A stretch of 64,000 nucleotides of DNA from an uncultured Alphaproteobacteria bacterium (GTDB taxonomy: Bacteria; Pseudomonadota; Alphaproteobacteria; RF32; CAG-239), in contig CALXTE010000007.1 of NCBI GenBank assembly GCA_944391345.1, positions 2,765-66,764 of the forward strand, read 5' to 3'. Numbering within the stretch: position 1 is the first letter of the stretch; each line of letters starts with the position of its first letter. This document shows positions 56,466 through 64,000 of this stretch, piece after piece. Under the pieces are notes generated by a model. That model was given only the letters and a program-made list of their open reading frames with translations, was not told where the DNA came from and did no database searches. The position numbers were made by a program, and so were the translations under genes.

Positions 56466-57048
56466 AAATAATAATCCGTTTGAAAATACGGTGAATAGCT
56501 TTGGGCAGAACCAAACCGAACAGAGTTATGAGTTGGTGAATGAGAGGCAGAATCAAAACGCCTCCTCATATAATAATCCTAATTGTTATATGAGATTTGA
56601 CGGAAAAAATTTGAATTTATTTGCTAATAATCAAAAAGTAAATAGTCTTGATGCCATGTCAGGGCGACCAGATTACCAAGCAAAAAAATTTCAAAATGTT
56701 CCCAACAAAGGTCCTATTCCTGAAGGAACGTACTACGCTAACCAAAATCAACGCCAAAAAATAGGTGTTTTGGATGCAGCTATTGGTGCGGGAACAGGTC
56801 TTTTAGGCATAAATAGAGGGACATGGAAAGGTTCTTTACCTGCTTGGGGAATGCGGAGAATATGGTTAAAGCCAGATTCTGATACCAATACTTATGAGCG
56901 AGATGGTTTTACTATTCATGGTGGTTTTAGCAAAGGTTCTGCCGGTTGTATTGATATTCCATGGCAAACAGGAATATTGAGTGATTATATGGATAATTGT
57001 CAAGAATCTGTTCCTGTTTATGTCGGTTATCCTAAAGATAATTGGTAA
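56404..57048 (+). CDS. orphan (startless) Tlde1/DUF2778-like toxin cassette B
   Basis: The frame opens right after TGA 56401-56403, with no RBS or ATG. AMSGRPDY...NKGPIPEGTYY...RIWLKP...GFTIHGG..KGSAGCIDI. Roughly one third of residues identical to toxin A by eye. Confidence 0.55.
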   Translation, partial: GNSDNNYGFGSSNIHDNIENRNNNPFENTVNSFGQNQTEQSYELVNERQNQNASSYNNPNCYMRFDGKNLNLFANNQKVNSLDAMSGRPDYQAKKFQNVPNKGPIPEGTYYANQNQRQKIGVLDAAIGAGTGLLGINRGTWKGSLPAWGMRRIWLKPDSDTNTYERDGFTIHGGFSKGSAGCIDIPWQTGILSDYMDNCQESVPVYVGYPKDNW

Positions 57049-57139
57049 AATTATATTAAAGAAAGGCAAGACTTTATTCTTGCTTTTCTTTATTTTATAT
57101 TGTAGTATAACAGAAATTACTACTTTAAGGTAAGAAAAA

Positions 57140-57496
57140 TTGATTGATAGAATCAAGTGCAGTATGGTTGAAACGTGTAGGCTACTTTGGCAATTTAAGT
57201 GGTATATCGCCATATATCCGTTAATTTTTTTATGTTTAATCCATGAATACTTTTATCCTCCAGCTAAAGATGATCCGATTTTCGGTTCCGAGGCTATGTC
57301 TTATGCTTGGAATTACGTAAATCAGGAGGTTTATATCGGAAGTCTAAAAAATGATTTAATCTTTTGGCTATGCTATTTTCTTTTAGGAACTAGCAATATG
57401 CGGAATCATCCGTTGTTGGCTAAATTTATTTTTTTATTGCCTTTGTTATGGGGAATTTTGAGGCTAACAAGTGAATTTATAAAATCTTTATTCTGA
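57140..57496 (+). CDS. small three-TM membrane protein, putative cognate immunity B
   Basis: Follows toxin B and is homologous to immunity A. Start uncertain: TTG 57140 or ATG 57164. Confidence 0.5.
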   Translation: MIDRIKCSMVETCRLLWQFKWYIAIYPLIFLCLIHEYFYPPAKDDPIFGSEAMSYAWNYVNQEVYIGSLKNDLIFWLCYFLLGTSNMRNHPLLAKFIFLLPLLWGILRLTSEFIKSLF

Positions 57497-57502
57497 ATAC
57501 GA

Positions 57503-57925
57503 ATTTGATTAAAACATTAAAATATGCTAATATAATCTCTGCGACTACTGGACTATGACTTTAATTTTGTAATTTTTTCATAGAGGTGCAGTCAATGGAT
57601 ATGTATAATAAATTTCAGTCGCCGCTTGGTTATCAGACCGGTGAAGGTCAGATTGACAGCTATGGCGTCGATCACAGCGGCTTTTCTACCCGTGATGAGT
57701 TGGAATATCAATTTACAAGACAAGGTAAAAATTAGTTTCAGCCCCGAAAACACCCATCTAAGCAACGCGACTTCTTGTCCCAATCAGAAAACAGCCAAGT
57801 GATGCCCTCGGGGGCTCCCCGCTCCTCAACAAGGCACTAACTTTTGGGGTAATTCTGACAATAACTATGGCTTTGGTTCTTCAAATATTCACGACAATAT
57901 TGAGAATAGCGAGAACCAAACTGAA
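57503..57925 (+). repeat. leader module copy C
   Basis: 98% identical to 55037..55459, including the promoter, the 46-codon ORF (57595..57735), TAG, gap, TGA and hairpin. Confidence 0.95.
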
Positions 57926-57964
57926 TATGTGGATATTGCACTCCTTTTGGTATTGCCAAAGTAG
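57803..57964 (+). pseudogene. linker fused to a 13-codon stub instead of a toxin domain (truncated third module)
   Basis: The toxin frame continues ...NSENQTE, then diverges to YVDIALLLVLPK and stops at 57962-57964. Confidence 0.5.
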
Positions 57965-58050
57965 CACAACAAACATATAATGATACTTGTAAGCACAAAA
58001 ATTAATAACCAGATTTTTTTGCAAAAGCTATTATAAAGGAGATAATATTT

Positions 58051-58473
58051 ATGAAAACGTTCGCTTGGCATGTTTTAATTTTAGGTGGATTTTTCTTTAT
58101 TATCTCCTTGCTCTCTTTTTTTCCGGAAAATTCCATTTTAACTACCATAAACATAGCGGCATTTATTATTTTTGCCTTAATGTTTTTCATTTTATGCTTT
58201 AAGAAAAAATATAATTTCATCAGCAGATTTCAAAACAAATTTACTAAAACAAGTATTTATTTGGCCGCTCTCGGTATTGGTGAATATTTTAGTATTATAT
58301 TCATCACTATTCCCGGAACAATTTATGGATACAAAGTCGCTATGGCACAGTATAACGGAGAGGAAATACCTTTAGCACCAATAAGCTATTTAAATAACAT
58401 CTATTACATATATCTTATTATTTCATGCATTTCCCTTATCTGGGCAACCTATACAAGCTTTATAAAAAAATAG
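58051..58473 (+). CDS. small four-TM membrane protein (possible orphan immunity)
   Basis: AAGGAG RBS. 140 aa, four hydrophobic segments. Sits where an immunity gene would be expected after the third leader. Confidence 0.5.
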   Translation: MKTFAWHVLILGGFFFIISLLSFFPENSILTTINIAAFIIFALMFFILCFKKKYNFISRFQNKFTKTSIYLAALGIGEYFSIIFITIPGTIYGYKVAMAQYNGEEIPLAPISYLNNIYYIYLIISCISLIWATYTSFIKK

Positions 58474-58584
58474 ATTTTTATCATCATAAATATATGATAC
58501 CCAACATCCTAAACATCTTTATTGAATTTTGCGCCGCCAAATGCTCGGCCTTTCACAAGAAAAATTAGCCGCCGCGCTTTCATC

Positions 58585-59319
58585 TTAGCTTTTTTTGAAG
58601 AGTTTTTTCTTAGATTTTGATTTTACTTTTGCCTCAAGCTTTTCCGGTTCAACAATTCCGCAAGAGATAACAAACTTCAGCCCTTCTTCAACCGACATAT
58701 CTAATTCAATCACATCTTTCTTCGGCACAAAGATTAAAAAACCGGAGGTTGGATTTGGCGTTGTCGGCACAAACACATTGAGCATTTCATCTTGCAGTTT
58801 TTTCTTCACTTCACCTTTTGTTTCCGCTCCGAGAAAACCGATAACCCATAGCCCCTTGCGCGGATATTCAAGCAAAACACATTTTGAAAAAGCTCTGTCC
58901 TGATTAGAAAAAATCGTCTCAAAAACTTTTTTCAATAATGAATAGACACTGGACACAACCGGCAACCGCCGCACCATCCAATCGCCGAGATGCACAAAAA
59001 ACCGCCCGACAAATCCGGCCGCAAACATACCGACAACAATCAAAAACAGCACCAGCAAAATAATTCCGATCCCCGGAACCGTCATCGGAATATGATACCG
59101 CTCCATAATCTCGGGAGGAATCAACTTATGAACCGAGTTATCAATCCACAAAAAGATTTCATAAGCCATATAAAAAGTAATAGCTACCGGTGCCGTCACC
59201 AAAATTCCGGTAAAGAAATAGGCTCTTATTTTTTCACCCAGCTTCATAAAAACCGCGCGCTCACGTTCCAAACGAATACGTTTGATATTTTTAGCACGTT
59301 CCTTCACAACATCACTCAT
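58585..59319 (-). CDS. DUF502 family membrane protein
   Basis: VPGIGIILLVLFLIVVGMFAAG, RRLPVVSSVYSLLKKV and VFVPTTPNPTSGFLIFVP are typical of DUF502. The start may be the internal MKLGEK. Confidence 0.8.
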   Translation of the reverse strand: MSDVVKERAKNIKRIRLERERAVFMKLGEKIRAYFFTGILVTAPVAITFYMAYEIFLWIDNSVHKLIPPEIMERYHIPMTVPGIGIILLVLFLIVVGMFAAGFVGRFFVHLGDWMVRRLPVVSSVYSLLKKVFETIFSNQDRAFSKCVLLEYPRKGLWVIGFLGAETKGEVKKKLQDEMLNVFVPTTPNPTSGFLIFVPKKDVIELDMSVEEGLKFVISCGIVEPEKLEAKVKSKSKKKLFKKS

Positions 59320-61095
59320 TTATTGTCCACCTTTCCGCGCATCTTCAATAATAAACTGAAGAGAATTCCGCCCCTGCCACGTATCACGACGCAAAACGCC
59401 GACCACATCATAAAGAGAAACACTTGGCGCCAACAGCTCTTTGCCAAGTTCAGTATCTGCCACCCGAAAAGCCATTGCCTTTAAGGAAGCACCGTTATCA
59501 CCGGATAAAAAGCAGCGCACATGCCCGCTACCAAACAACGCCGACTTTTTAATATGTACATTTTTTAACATCAAGCGCGGCTCGGCATTTCCGGCCCCAA
59601 AGGGCTCAAGCTTTTCCAGCTGTTCCACCAAAGACAAAGATGCCCCACCAACATCAAGACAAGCATCAACTTCTAAAACCGGAACAATTTCCTCATCCCC
59701 GAGCTTTTCTTTCACATAAGACCCGACAAACGCGCGAAACTCTTCAACCTTATCTTCATTAAGAGAGAAACCGGCCGCCATAATATGACCGCCACCTTTA
59801 GTTAAAAGCCCACGCTCTTTAGCTGCAATAATCAACGCCCCCAAATCAACATTCGGAATAGAGCGCGCAGATCCTTTGACTTCATCCGCCTCAATCGACA
59901 TCACAAAAGCCGGCAGATTGTAGCGTTCTTTAAGCTTTCCGGCCACAATTCCGATAACCCCTTGATGCCAGTCTTTTCCAACCGCAAAAGCAATCGGATA
60001 AGATTGCGGCTTTCCTTCCAGTTGCTCAATCGCCTCCAGCAAAACATAGGCCTCAATTTCCTTGCGTTGGTCATTAAATTGATTAAGTTTATCAGCCAGC
60101 AGATTCGCCTCACCCTCTGTCTTTGCACACAAAAGTTTATTACCGAGGGCAGCCTCACCCACACGCCCGCAAGCATTAATTCTTGGGCCAAGAACAAAGC
60201 CGAGATGATAAGCCCGCGGCGCTTCCGTCACATTTGACTTGTCAAACAAAGCTTTCAGACCCAGATTACGACGCTGTGCCATAACCTTTAACCCTTGCCG
60301 CACAAAAGCCCGATTAAGCCCGAGCAAAGGAACCACATCACAAACCGTCCCCAGAGCCACCAAATCAAGCCAGTTCATCAAAGACGGCTCTTTATGCGTC
60401 TGATAAAAACCTCTTTGCCGCAAAACCCGATTAACCGCCACCACGGTCATAAAAACCACCCCGACCGCCGCCATATATTTAAGATACGGATAGTCTGAAT
60501 CTTCCTCATCAAGCCGCTTGGGGTTAACCAGCGCCAAAACATTCGGTAGCTTAACTTCGGCCTCGTGATGATCAAGCACCACCACTTCAAAGCCCTTTTC
60601 GCGAGCATAATCAAAAACCTCAAAAGCCGTTGTTCCGCAGTCCACTGTCACCACAAACTTTATCCCCAGCGCAGCAAATTCATCAAAAGCCATCACGCTC
60701 GGGCCATAACCTTCCTCTCGCTCGGGAATATGGATAAACGGCTCAATCCCGTTTGCCTCTAAAAATGAACGCAAAACCGAAGTTGAGGTTGCGCCGTCAA
60801 CATCATAATCACCGATGATACCGATTTTTTCGTTATTCTGAATAGCCTCTGCGATTCTCTCTGCCGCAATCTGCATCCCCTTAAGACAATAAGGATCCGG
60901 CATAAGCCTCTGCAGCTTGGGGTCAATAAAATCTTCAACCTCATCGGGGGCAACCCCCTTTGCGGCCAATATTGTGCTCACAATATAAGACAGCCCATAC
61001 CTTTGAGCAATAAGCTCTGCATTGCGCTCCGAAAACGAGCACATCTTCCACAAATTTCCGGCAAGAGATTTTTCACTATCCGATACAGGCGTCAA
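59320..61095 (-). CDS. recJ: single-stranded-DNA-specific exonuclease RecJ
   Basis: 591 aa. DHH family motifs (GDYDVDGATS, VDCG, VLDHHE) and DHHA1 (GGGHIMAAG). Confidence 0.95.
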   Translation of the reverse strand: MTPVSDSEKSLAGNLWKMCSFSERNAELIAQRYGLSYIVSTILAAKGVAPDEVEDFIDPKLQRLMPDPYCLKGMQIAAERIAEAIQNNEKIGIIGDYDVDGATSTSVLRSFLEANGIEPFIHIPEREEGYGPSVMAFDEFAALGIKFVVTVDCGTTAFEVFDYAREKGFEVVVLDHHEAEVKLPNVLALVNPKRLDEEDSDYPYLKYMAAVGVVFMTVVAVNRVLRQRGFYQTHKEPSLMNWLDLVALGTVCDVVPLLGLNRAFVRQGLKVMAQRRNLGLKALFDKSNVTEAPRAYHLGFVLGPRINACGRVGEAALGNKLLCAKTEGEANLLADKLNQFNDQRKEIEAYVLLEAIEQLEGKPQSYPIAFAVGKDWHQGVIGIVAGKLKERYNLPAFVMSIEADEVKGSARSIPNVDLGALIIAAKERGLLTKGGGHIMAAGFSLNEDKVEEFRAFVGSYVKEKLGDEEIVPVLEVDACLDVGGASLSLVEQLEKLEPFGAGNAEPRLMLKNVHIKKSALFGSGHVRCFLSGDNGASLKAMAFRVADTELGKELLAPSVSLYDVVGVLRRDTWQGRNSLQFIIEDARKGGQ

Positions 61096-61113
61096 TGAAT
61101 CACCTCAATCTTC

Positions 61114-62025
61114 TTAGTAGCTAAGAAAGACTTCAACGCGACGGTTAAGACGTTCACCCTCGGGCATAACTTCCAGATAAGCCGGCGCGCTGTCTGATAA
61201 TGCTTCAACCGAGATTAGCTCAGCCGGCATACCGGCGCGGCGCAGCTCTGTGGCCACGGCCTCAGCACGCTTTTGCGAAACCTTAAAGTTTGCAAGTTTA
61301 TGAGAAACAATGTCGGTATCATTGGTACGGCTTGACGCATGACCGACAACCCGAACATGGGCATTGTCTTTCTTTGCGGCCCGCACGATTTTTCTGATTC
61401 TTTCACGATAATCGGCATCAAGGAAGGAGCTTCCGTTCTCAAAATAAAATGTATCAAGTTGATATGTCACACTCGGCACAAAAGCCTTTTCGGGCAAAGC
61501 CTCGGCTGTTGCAACTTCTTCCTCAGTCACAACCCCCAGATCTTCTGTTTCAACCGGAGTCGTTTTGGCAGAACCGACACGCTCCATTGAGGCAATAAAC
61601 TCCTCATCGGACAAATATTTTATATCCGGCATTTTGCTGGTTTCCTCAGGTGTTTCTTCGGCAATTTTATCAACCAGCGGCTTTTCTTCTTCAGGCTCCG
61701 GCGCAGCTTGTTCTTCTTTTGGCTCAGGCTTTACATCATCAGCTTTTGCCTTAGGCTTGTCAGCTTTTGCCACAACCTTTTTTTCCGATTCTTTCTTTTC
61801 CGGCTGAGCTTTTTCTTTAGGCTCTTCTTTAGCTTCCGAAGCCGAAACTTTTTCCTCTGCCACGGCCACTTTTGCCTCTTCATCAAGCTCATGCGCGGCA
61901 GAAGGCAGCCCCTCACCCGCTACGATTTTATTTCCGTCGGTCGCCGCATTTTTATCAAAAAACGCTGCACAACCCGAAACCATAAACACGCCCGACAAAA
62001 GCACAATAGCATAAAAATTTTTCAT
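61114..62025 (-). CDS. OmpA-family peptidoglycan-binding lipoprotein with a long K/E/P-rich linker
   Basis: Lipobox (FMVSGC). C-terminal OmpA domain (VVGHASSRTNDTD, SQKRAEAVATEL, NRRVEVFL). Confidence 0.8.
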   Translation of the reverse strand: MKNFYAIVLLSGVFMVSGCAAFFDKNAATDGNKIVAGEGLPSAAHELDEEAKVAVAEEKVSASEAKEEPKEKAQPEKKESEKKVVAKADKPKAKADDVKPEPKEEQAAPEPEEEKPLVDKIAEETPEETSKMPDIKYLSDEEFIASMERVGSAKTTPVETEDLGVVTEEEVATAEALPEKAFVPSVTYQLDTFYFENGSSFLDADYRERIRKIVRAAKKDNAHVRVVGHASSRTNDTDIVSHKLANFKVSQKRAEAVATELRRAGMPAELISVEALSDSAPAYLEVMPEGERLNRRVEVFLSY

Positions 62026-62193
62026 ATCCGAAACCCTATATTTTATCCATAACTAAAGATATAGATATAATATAATCTTCCGTTAGACAAGCACAAATCG
62101 CAATAAAAAAACAAAAAAAACAATAAAGATTGTATTTTAAAGAGAAGTCGCTATAATTTTATAATCAAGACCGCAACCATAAAGGAGCCCCCA

Positions 62194-62721
62194 ATGAAAG
62201 CAAGCGCAGTCGATTCGGCAATAGATGTGGCCTATTGGTTTTTTGACCGAGCAGAAGCCGACAAACAACTTCTTGAGGAAGAAAAACTTCAACCGCTTCT
62301 TTATTTATCTCAAGTATATTATGCGCGCACCTATAACGGCGCGACATTGATGCCGTCTTTGTTCATCTGTGATGAAAACGGATTCTATGAGCCCAATATC
62401 AAAAAGATATTAACACTCGGCCGCCCGTTTATGCCGCGTGCAAAGTTTGATAAAACCGTAAATAATTTTCTTGAAGAAATATGGGATAAATACGGCACCA
62501 GCAGCATTTCCTTGCTTGAAAAAACAGTCAAAGACAGCCTTCTTTATCGCAACAAATATAAAAAGAACACAAAAACCTTGGTTGAAAATAAAACAATAGT
62601 TGAATTTTTAAATAAGGATAGTAGAATATTTGAGAGCGAGGGAGAAAAAAACACCACCAAGGTTTTGCTCTCCCAAAACGGACCTGTCGTTGTCTCACGG
62701 TGGCAACCGAGAAAGATATAG
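62194..62721 (+). CDS. Panacea (DUF4065) domain protein
   Basis: AIDVAYWFFDRA...KLQPLLYLSQVYYARTYNGATLMPSLFICDENGFYEPNI fits the DUF4065/SocA-GepA pattern (KLQKLLY...F.AW..GPV). Confidence 0.55.
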   Translation: MKASAVDSAIDVAYWFFDRAEADKQLLEEEKLQPLLYLSQVYYARTYNGATLMPSLFICDENGFYEPNIKKILTLGRPFMPRAKFDKTVNNFLEEIWDKYGTSSISLLEKTVKDSLLYRNKYKKNTKTLVENKTIVEFLNKDSRIFESEGEKNTTKVLLSQNGPVVVSRWQPRKI

Positions 62722-62748
62722 ACTTTGGTCTCAAAACAAAGGAGAAAC

Positions 62749-63336
62749 ATGATGTCAAAATTATTAAAATTATTTGTAGCAATTTTTTTGGTTGTCAGCT
62801 GCTCTAAAAAAGAAGAAACCCCAACAGCAGAAGACTACAACTTGACCATAATATCACAAGACGGCAATAAATCTGAATTCATGGTTGAAGACGCCTTAAC
62901 CCTACAAGAGCTTGAACACGGCCTGATGGGAAGAGAGTCTTTGGCGCCCAAATCCGGCATGATATTTGACTTGCATAATTATAAAAACGCCGCCATGTGG
63001 ATGAAAGACACCAAGATTCCGCTTGATATGATTTTTATCAAGAGCAACAAAATCGTCTGGATTTATGAAAACGCTCAACCCATGTCGACTGAAACAATTA
63101 TCTGTCCGGAAGAATTTGACTCTGTGATTGAGATTAACGCCGGCGAAGTCAAAGAATACAACATCAAAGTCGGTGACACGGTCGAGCATGACTTTTTCTC
63201 GAACGGCACGGCTGCCGAAACCGCTGAACAGCCGATAGACGGCCCTGTTCCGGAAGAATTTGTTGAAGACGGAGAAGAGATTGATATTGAAGAGGCTGAA
63301 ATGCCTTCTGATGAAGAAACTGCTCCGGCTGAATAA
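62749..63336 (+). CDS. DUF192 family lipoprotein with acidic C-terminal tail
   Basis: Start at MMSKLLKLF (AAGGAG upstream). Lipobox-like VVSCS. GLMGRESLAPKSGMIF and MWMKDTKIPLDMIFI are typical of DUF192. Confidence 0.75.
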   Translation: MMSKLLKLFVAIFLVVSCSKKEETPTAEDYNLTIISQDGNKSEFMVEDALTLQELEHGLMGRESLAPKSGMIFDLHNYKNAAMWMKDTKIPLDMIFIKSNKIVWIYENAQPMSTETIICPEEFDSVIEINAGEVKEYNIKVGDTVEHDFFSNGTAAETAEQPIDGPVPEEFVEDGEEIDIEEAEMPSDEETAPAE

Positions 63337-63347
63337 ACAATCAACCA

Positions 63348-63386
63348 AACAAAAAGAGGAGAGAATTTTCTCTCCTCTTTTTGTTT
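63348..63386. terminator. bidirectional intrinsic terminator
   Basis: AAACAAAAAGAGGAGAG-aatttt-CTCTCCTCTTTTTGTTT between convergent genes. Confidence 0.7.
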
Positions 63387-63439
63387 GCTCCCGCATGGCA
63401 ACCCGAACGGGGAAGTTTTTTTGCTCTTGGGATAAAAAC

Positions 63440-64000
63440 CTAAAACTCAATGACGGGGCGGACCTCGAGGCTACCGCTCTTGGGTCTGTCTTCCAAACCG
63501 TACTCGCCTGTTATTCTTGAGCTCCACACTAAGTTAAACCTGCGCTGTGACGACGACCAAACGTAAGTGTTGTATATGAATTGTGTCCCATTTGCTCTCT
63601 TTAAGCCTGTGTTTATGGTGCTTTGATTATTATATATTGAGTTTAATATTCCAGCTGCCGGCAAGCACCAATCTCCTGCCTCTGTTCCCACTATTTTATA
63701 CTCATGTGCAGCCCATGCAGCTGGATATGTACTTTTATTTCCCTCCGCCATTATTTTTCCCGTATTCAAACAACTATCATAATCTTTTGATGCTGCTGAT
63801 GCTAAATCATAGTCTGTCAATGTCATAATACCAGCGTTAAGATCACTCCACTCATAGCTGCCTATTGACTTTAATGTCATCGCCTGTCCACATTTGCCGT
63901 CACTGGATTTATAAACAACAACTGCGATTGGCGTCTTACCCGATACCTTATTCGCACTGCACGTGCCGTCACTGAACAAGATATCACCTAATGAACACAG
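63440..64000 (-). CDS. DUF1566-like domain protein, paralog of 29339..30181 (5' end beyond the window)
   Basis: The frame is open to nt 64000. GDILFSDGTCS..KTPIAVVVY, GDWCLPAAGI and VRPVIEF align with the paralog. Confidence 0.55.
   Translation of the reverse strand: MCSLGDILFSDGTCSANKVSGKTPIAVVVYKSSDGKCGQAMTLKSIGSYEWSDLNAGIMTLTDYDLASAASKDYDSCLNTGKIMAEGNKSTYPAAWAAHEYKIVGTEAGDWCLPAAGILNSIYNNQSTINTGLKRANGTQFIYNTYVWSSSQRRFNLVWSSRITGEYGLEDRPKSGSLEVRPVIEF

Noticed and set aside
55037-57925. Diversity-generating retroelement (TR/VR pair) as an explanation for the two near-identical leader copies
   Set aside because: There is no reverse transcriptase nearby. The 8 differences between the copies occur at T, G and C positions of copy A rather than at adenines, and they are mostly synonymous.

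Overview
This 64-kb window comes from the chromosome of a low-GC Gram-negative bacterium. Gene content and order look alphaproteobacterial: hdaA, a CckA-like hybrid kinase directly after fliQ-fliR-flhB, the pyrH-frr-uppS-cdsA-rseP-bamA-lpxD-fabZ block, tolQRA, and mlaA/mlaC. That taxonomic call is inference only. About three quarters of the window is ordinary housekeeping: pgm, flagellar export genes, a TetR-controlled RND efflux pump, the envelope biogenesis block, plsY, dprA, topA, a Cd/Zn P-type ATPase operon, hydG, an MsbA-like ABC exporter, metG, recJ and others. ORF-track coordinates include the stop codon, and several starts were moved to internal ATG/GTG codons that have a Shine-Dalgarno sequence.

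The accessory material is as follows:
- A tRNA-Thr(UGU) gene has two successively shorter copies of its 3' end about 3.3 kb away. They bracket an AT-rich, integrase-less islet that carries a Schlafen/AlbA_2-type gene and a secreted ankyrin-repeat gene.
- Four paralogs of a DUF1566-like domain protein are present, plus a Cys-rich secreted partner.
- The intergenic region downstream of fabZ is repeat-rich and strongly structured.
- The most unusual locus lies at 55.0-58.5 kb. It is an AT-rich array with the architecture of a polymorphic toxin system. A 423-bp promoter+leader module occurs twice at 98% identity. Two diverged toxin domains resemble Tlde1/DUF2778 (L,D-transpeptidase fold) and are each followed by a small, mutually related three-TM protein, presumed to be immunity. 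The second toxin is a startless orphan cassette joined through a 62-nt homology block. The third leader copy is fused to a short stub and followed by another small membrane protein.
- In both leader copies the 46-codon leader ORF is separated from the toxin frame by a TAG, 64 nt and a TGA followed by a GC hairpin. Even so, the substitutions between copies are almost all synonymous in the toxin frame immediately after that TGA. This suggests either recoding or a recently silenced gene.

No secretion apparatus for these toxins is visible in the window.
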